From Centroscyllium fabricii (lineage: Eukaryota), in NCBI GenBank assembly GCA_051313645.2, contig JBNRSN020000009.1:5518001-5582000 (forward strand): 64,000 nt of DNA, in the 5' to 3' direction. The position numbers were made by a program, and so were the translations under genes. Shown in pieces: positions 59,733-64,000 of this stretch. How positions within the stretch are numbered: position 1 is the first letter of the stretch; each line of letters begins with the position of its first letter. The notes beneath the pieces were generated by a model. The model worked only from the letters and a program-made list of their open reading frames with translations, ran no database searches and had not been told where the DNA came from.

Positions 59733-61214
59733 TATACCAACAAAGTGTGACTGGGAAGTTGTTACAGAAAGCAAATGTGACATTTCCACGTTGGACTCGA
59801 GACCTTTTGATGATTTCATTACAATTCCAGTCAGCACGGCAGTTCTGATTCGGGTTATGCCGTTGCTATACTCCGGTTTCCACATTGAATGTATGCCATT
59901 GACTGTTGTAGATGTGTCATTATAGATCTGCCAAATCCCAAATTAATGGAGCTACACCCTTTCACCAAGGTCCACCTACAGTGATGGCCTGTTGGTGGAG
60001 CGATGGATCAACTCCAGGCCCATTGTAGGAGCTAAGATGCCCCAGAATCCTATGCAAGTCTTGGGATCGTGACTCGTGTTAAACCCACCTTGCACCCACT
60101 TATTAGTGTGATTCTGATTGCGATTGCTCGGATCTTGCATTGCATCTTTGGGTCGGTGCAAGGTGGACCACACCAGGTGATCCAGCTTCCTCCATTCATC
60201 AAGCTAGCGATAAGAGACTGGTGGCAGATGTGTTACTAGTGAGGCACGTGCAATGTGCCCTGCTGCTGCGAGAAGGAAGCAGAGAGCACCTGGTATAAAC
60301 GGGCAAAGACCCAGTTATAAATCAATCGGCACAAAGTTCCGCAAGGCCCGTCACCTTCGCCGTCGCCACCACCAGGACCCCCACCACCAGCTTCTCGGGG
60401 CACGGACACTAAACAAAACCAAGTGGATAGAATATGAAACTTGCTAGATTACCATAAAACCCAAGAGACTCACGAACATCCTTAAGGGAAGGGAACCAGA
60501 TGCTCCTACCTGGTCTGGCCTACATGTGACTCCAGTCCTACAGTATCTGAAGTGGTCTAACAAGGCCTTACCCCCCCTCCCCCCCCCACCCAGCACTGCG
60601 TTTCTGGAGCAACCAGGAAGGGGCACTAAACAAAGCCAGAGGAATAGAGCACTAAAAAGAGACAACCCCAAAGCTGTCCCTTCTTTGGTAATGAATTACG
60701 ACATTAACTGTCAAGCACATCTCTAGCTGGAAATGGTGGGAGCATAATTTAATTGAGGTGGAGAAGTGATAACAGTCAATGGTTCTAAGGCAAAGGGCAG
60801 GATTCCTATTGTGGCTGTACCAATGACTATTTAGATGTTGTATTTTAACATGTAGCTAATGGGGAACAATGGCAGATATGCAACCATGTTCAGTTTATTC
60901 GAACAGAACTGACTGGACACTTTTCAGTTTGACAGCTGCCCTTTATAGCCGTGGCTCAGTGGGCAGCACACTCACCTCTGAGTCAGAAGGTTATGGGTTC
61001 AAGCCCCACTCCAGAGATTTGAGCACAAAATCTATCCTGACACTCCAGTGCAGTGCTGAGGGAGTTCTCCTTGGTGTCCTGGTCAACATTCATCCCTCAA
61101 ACCAACACCATCAAAAACAGATTATCTGGCTATTTATCTGTTTGCTGTTTGTGGGATTTGGCTGCCGCATACATTTCCCTACATTACAACAGTGACTAAA
61201 CTTAAAAAGTACTT

Positions 61215-62717
61215 GCAACAGAAAACGCTGGAAAAACTCAGCAGTATCGGTGGAGAGAGGAGCAGAGTTAACGTTTCAGGTCGAAGACCTTTCGTCAGAA
61301 CTGGAAAAAACAGGAGAGGGGATGGATTTTAAAGCAAGTAGGGGCTGGGGAAAGGGGGAGGGGCTGAAAGAACAAAAGGGAAGATCATCGACAGGATAGA
61401 AGGCGGGAGAGATTAAGAGACATTGAGAGACTTTGAGAGAAATTCAAGAAACACAGGATGGCTCTGGATGAAGTGTGAATGGCTCTGGCAGAGAGAAGAA
61501 AAAAGCCCAGACAAAAGTGTGGATTGGAAAAAAAAGAAAAAGTATATGTAGGTGTGTATATATATATATTTAAATATGTACTGGAAGCCGAGGTTATGAT
61601 CTAAAATTGTTGAACTCTATGTTTAGTCCAGAGGGCTGTAGAGTGCCTAAGCAAAAGATGAGGTGCTGTTCCTTGAGTTTACGCTGAGCTTCCGTGGAAC
61701 AATGCAACAGGCCACAGACAGTGAGGTCTGAATGGGAGTGGAGTGGAGAATTAAAGTGACAGGCCACCGGGAGCTCGGGGCCCCCCTTACGGACTGAATG
61801 GAGGTGTTCCGCAAAGCGGTCACCCAATCTGCGTTTGGTCTCCCCGATGTAAAGGAGACCACATCGTGAGCAGAGAATACAGTATACTAGATTACAGGAA
61901 GTACACGTAAATCATTGTTTCATCTGGAAGGGGTGTTTGGGGCCCTGGACAGTGGGAAGGGGGGAGGTATAAGGGCATGTGTTGCATCTCCTGCGCTTGC
62001 ACGGGAAGATGCCGGGCGAAGGAGAAGAGGTGCTGGGGGTGATAGAGGAGTGGACTAGGGAGCGGTCCCTACGGAATGCTGAAAAGGGAGGGGAAGATGC
62101 GTTTGGTGGTGGGATCACGCTAGCGGTGGCAGAAATGGCGGAGGATGATCCGTTGAATGTGGAGGCTGGTGGGGTGAAAAGTAAGGACAAGGGGAACTCT
62201 CTCGTGGTTCCGGGAGGGAGGGGCAGGGTTGAGGGCAGAAGTGCGGGAGATAGAACGGACCCGATCGAGGGCCGTGTCGACCAGAGTAGAGGGGAATCCT
62301 CGGTTGAGGAAAAAGGAAGACATGTCGGAAGTACTGGTGTGGAAGGTGGCATCGTCTGAACAGATGCGGTGGAGACGGAGAAACTGGGAGAATGGAATAG
62401 AGTCCTTGCAGGATGTGGGGTGGGAGGAAGTGTAGTCCAGGTAGCTCTGTGAGTCGGTGGGCTTGTAGTGAATGTTGGTCAATAACCTATCCCCAGAGAT
62501 GGAGATGGAGAAGTCAAAGAAGGGAAGAGTCGGAGATGGACCATGTAAAGGTGAGGGAAGGGTGGAAATTGGAAGCAAAGTGAAAGAAAGTTTCTAGTTC
62601 AGGGCGAGAGCAGGAGACGGCTCCAATACAGTCATCAATGTACCGGAAAAAGTGGTGAGGGAGGGGACCCGAGTAGGACTGAAACCAAAGGTGTTCCACA
62701 TATCCACATGTTCCACA
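61215..62717 (-). mobile_element. 5'-truncated Penelope-like retrotransposon (RT C-terminus plus GIY-YIG endonuclease, frameshifted) inserted in a DeuSINE
   Basis: FFRYIDDCIG, IHYKPTDSQSYLDYTSSHP..SIPFSQFLRL, CKRRRCNTC, RFAEHLHSV..PVACHFN; TSD TAAAAAGTACTT at 61203-61214 and 62718-62729. Confidence 0.92.
61266..61302 (-). ncRNA. Minimal type I hammerhead ribozyme in a Penelope pseudo-LTR (second family)
   Basis: AGTT-CTGACGA-A-AGGTC-TTC-GACCT-GAAA-CGTT-AACT; all stems pair, palindromic ACGU stem III. Confidence 0.82.
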
Positions 62718-63769
62718 TAAAAAGTACTTAATTGACTGTAAACTGTTTTGGGATGTCCTGAACATAGGAAAGACGCTATAGAAAGGCAAGTCCTTTGGAG
62801 GGTGTGCAGGAGATGGAGGAAATGAAAGACTCCTTCCTTTGTTTTCCATTGTGGGCTGCTTGGGAAGTTTGGGCATTCTGAGGAGAAAGCACCTCCAAAG
62901 GTATGGGAGGATTGCAAACAGCCTGGGGCAATGAAGCTGAGGCGCAGAGAGAAATGGAGCAAAAAAAACAAAATCTACCCTAAAGGCCTAGCATGCCCTC
63001 TTATTTTAGGCCTCGAATTGGAAACAGCTTGTTTGGTCAGTGTGTTCAATGGACAGACCAAGTCTGCATGTGAGGAACTGTGCAGATCTATGTCACTGCG
63101 GAGTGGGCACATAACCAGAAACCCAAGGCAATCTGCAGCAATGCCTGCACTTCAAAGGCTGATTAAACCCAGACAGTTGTGAGGCAAAGAGCCAAAAGGT
63201 CAGGCTTGTGATGCGCTGGGCTACCTCATGATTTCTAAAAATAAACTGACTGAGGCAATCAGACGGACAGATGTTAAATTAAACAAACTGCAGGCAGTGA
63301 ATCAGAAACTGGATTCAAACGAGGGTCGACAGGCCTTGTGGATAATGAGGGGATCTAGAGGGACCCTGACCTCCTCCCTGATTTTGGAATTTTTCTGTAT
63401 TTGTTGAGTGTTGTGGTTACGTATATGTTCTATTTATATATCAACCTATTTATAAAGCCTTTTCTGTGAAGATAGCATGGTTTTCCTTTTGGGTAGCTAA
63501 TTTACATTTTATAAGTTAGAGCGGAAAACTTTGAAAGCCATTGTCTTAAATCGTAATTGTTTTTTTTTACTGTTGCGTCTCAGTAAGACTGTGCTCCACC
63601 TGTTGAAGTTGTGCAAAAGTCACAGTGGTGGTCACCCTGGGAGTGTTGTATTTCGGTGTGTTGTAGTGCCACCAGGCTGAGCCTAGCTCGGGCTGCACAC
63701 TGACATTCGGACACAAGTTGTATCTGGATGACAAGGAACCCTCTGGATAGCCAGTGATGGCCCGGTCTG

Positions 63770-64000
63770 ACCTGGCCCACCCTCTGCATTGCCCCGGCCC
63801 ACCCTCTGCATTGCCTCGGCCCTGGTCCACCCTCGGCATTGCCCCTGGCCCACCCTCTGCATTGCCCAAGCCTGGCCCACCCTCGGCATTGCCCGGGCCC
63901 GGCCTGGCCCACCCTCAGCAATGCCCGGGCCAGGCCCCGGCCCACCCTCTGCATTGCCCAAGCCCGGCCCACCATCTGCATTGCCGGGGTCGGCCTGGTC
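63770..64000. repeat. GC-rich minisatellite (core GGCCCACCCTCTGCATTGCCC, variable ~21-33-bp units)
   Basis: About 8 direct repeats running to near the window end. Confidence 0.85.

Overview
Repeat-dense vertebrate DNA, most likely from a cartilaginous fish (inferred from V-SINE/HE1-like, DeuSINE/SacSINE1-like and HER1/CR1-like repeats). I could not recognise any host protein-coding gene. The window is a nest of mobile elements: five two-LTR Gypsy elements (one with a single intact 1327-aa gag-pol ORF and near-identical LTRs), a solo LTR, an internally deleted Academ DNA transposon, CR1/L2/Rex1 LINE fragments, SINEs, Penelope-like elements with minimal hammerhead ribozymes and fold-back palindromes, and Tc1/mariner, Harbinger-like and hAT-like MITEs. 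The main candidate for an undescribed system is a pair of divergent but related Gypsy elements (1140-6003 and 42187-46709). Both lack a tRNA primer-binding site. Instead, the 12-13 nt just after the 5' LTR are complementary to an ATTAAA-containing segment of their own LTR, with compensatory sequence differences between the two elements, which suggests self-priming. Both also have YLDN instead of YxDD at the reverse transcriptase active site. Boundaries of old LINE/SINE fragments are approximate, and family names come from motif recognition, not database searches.
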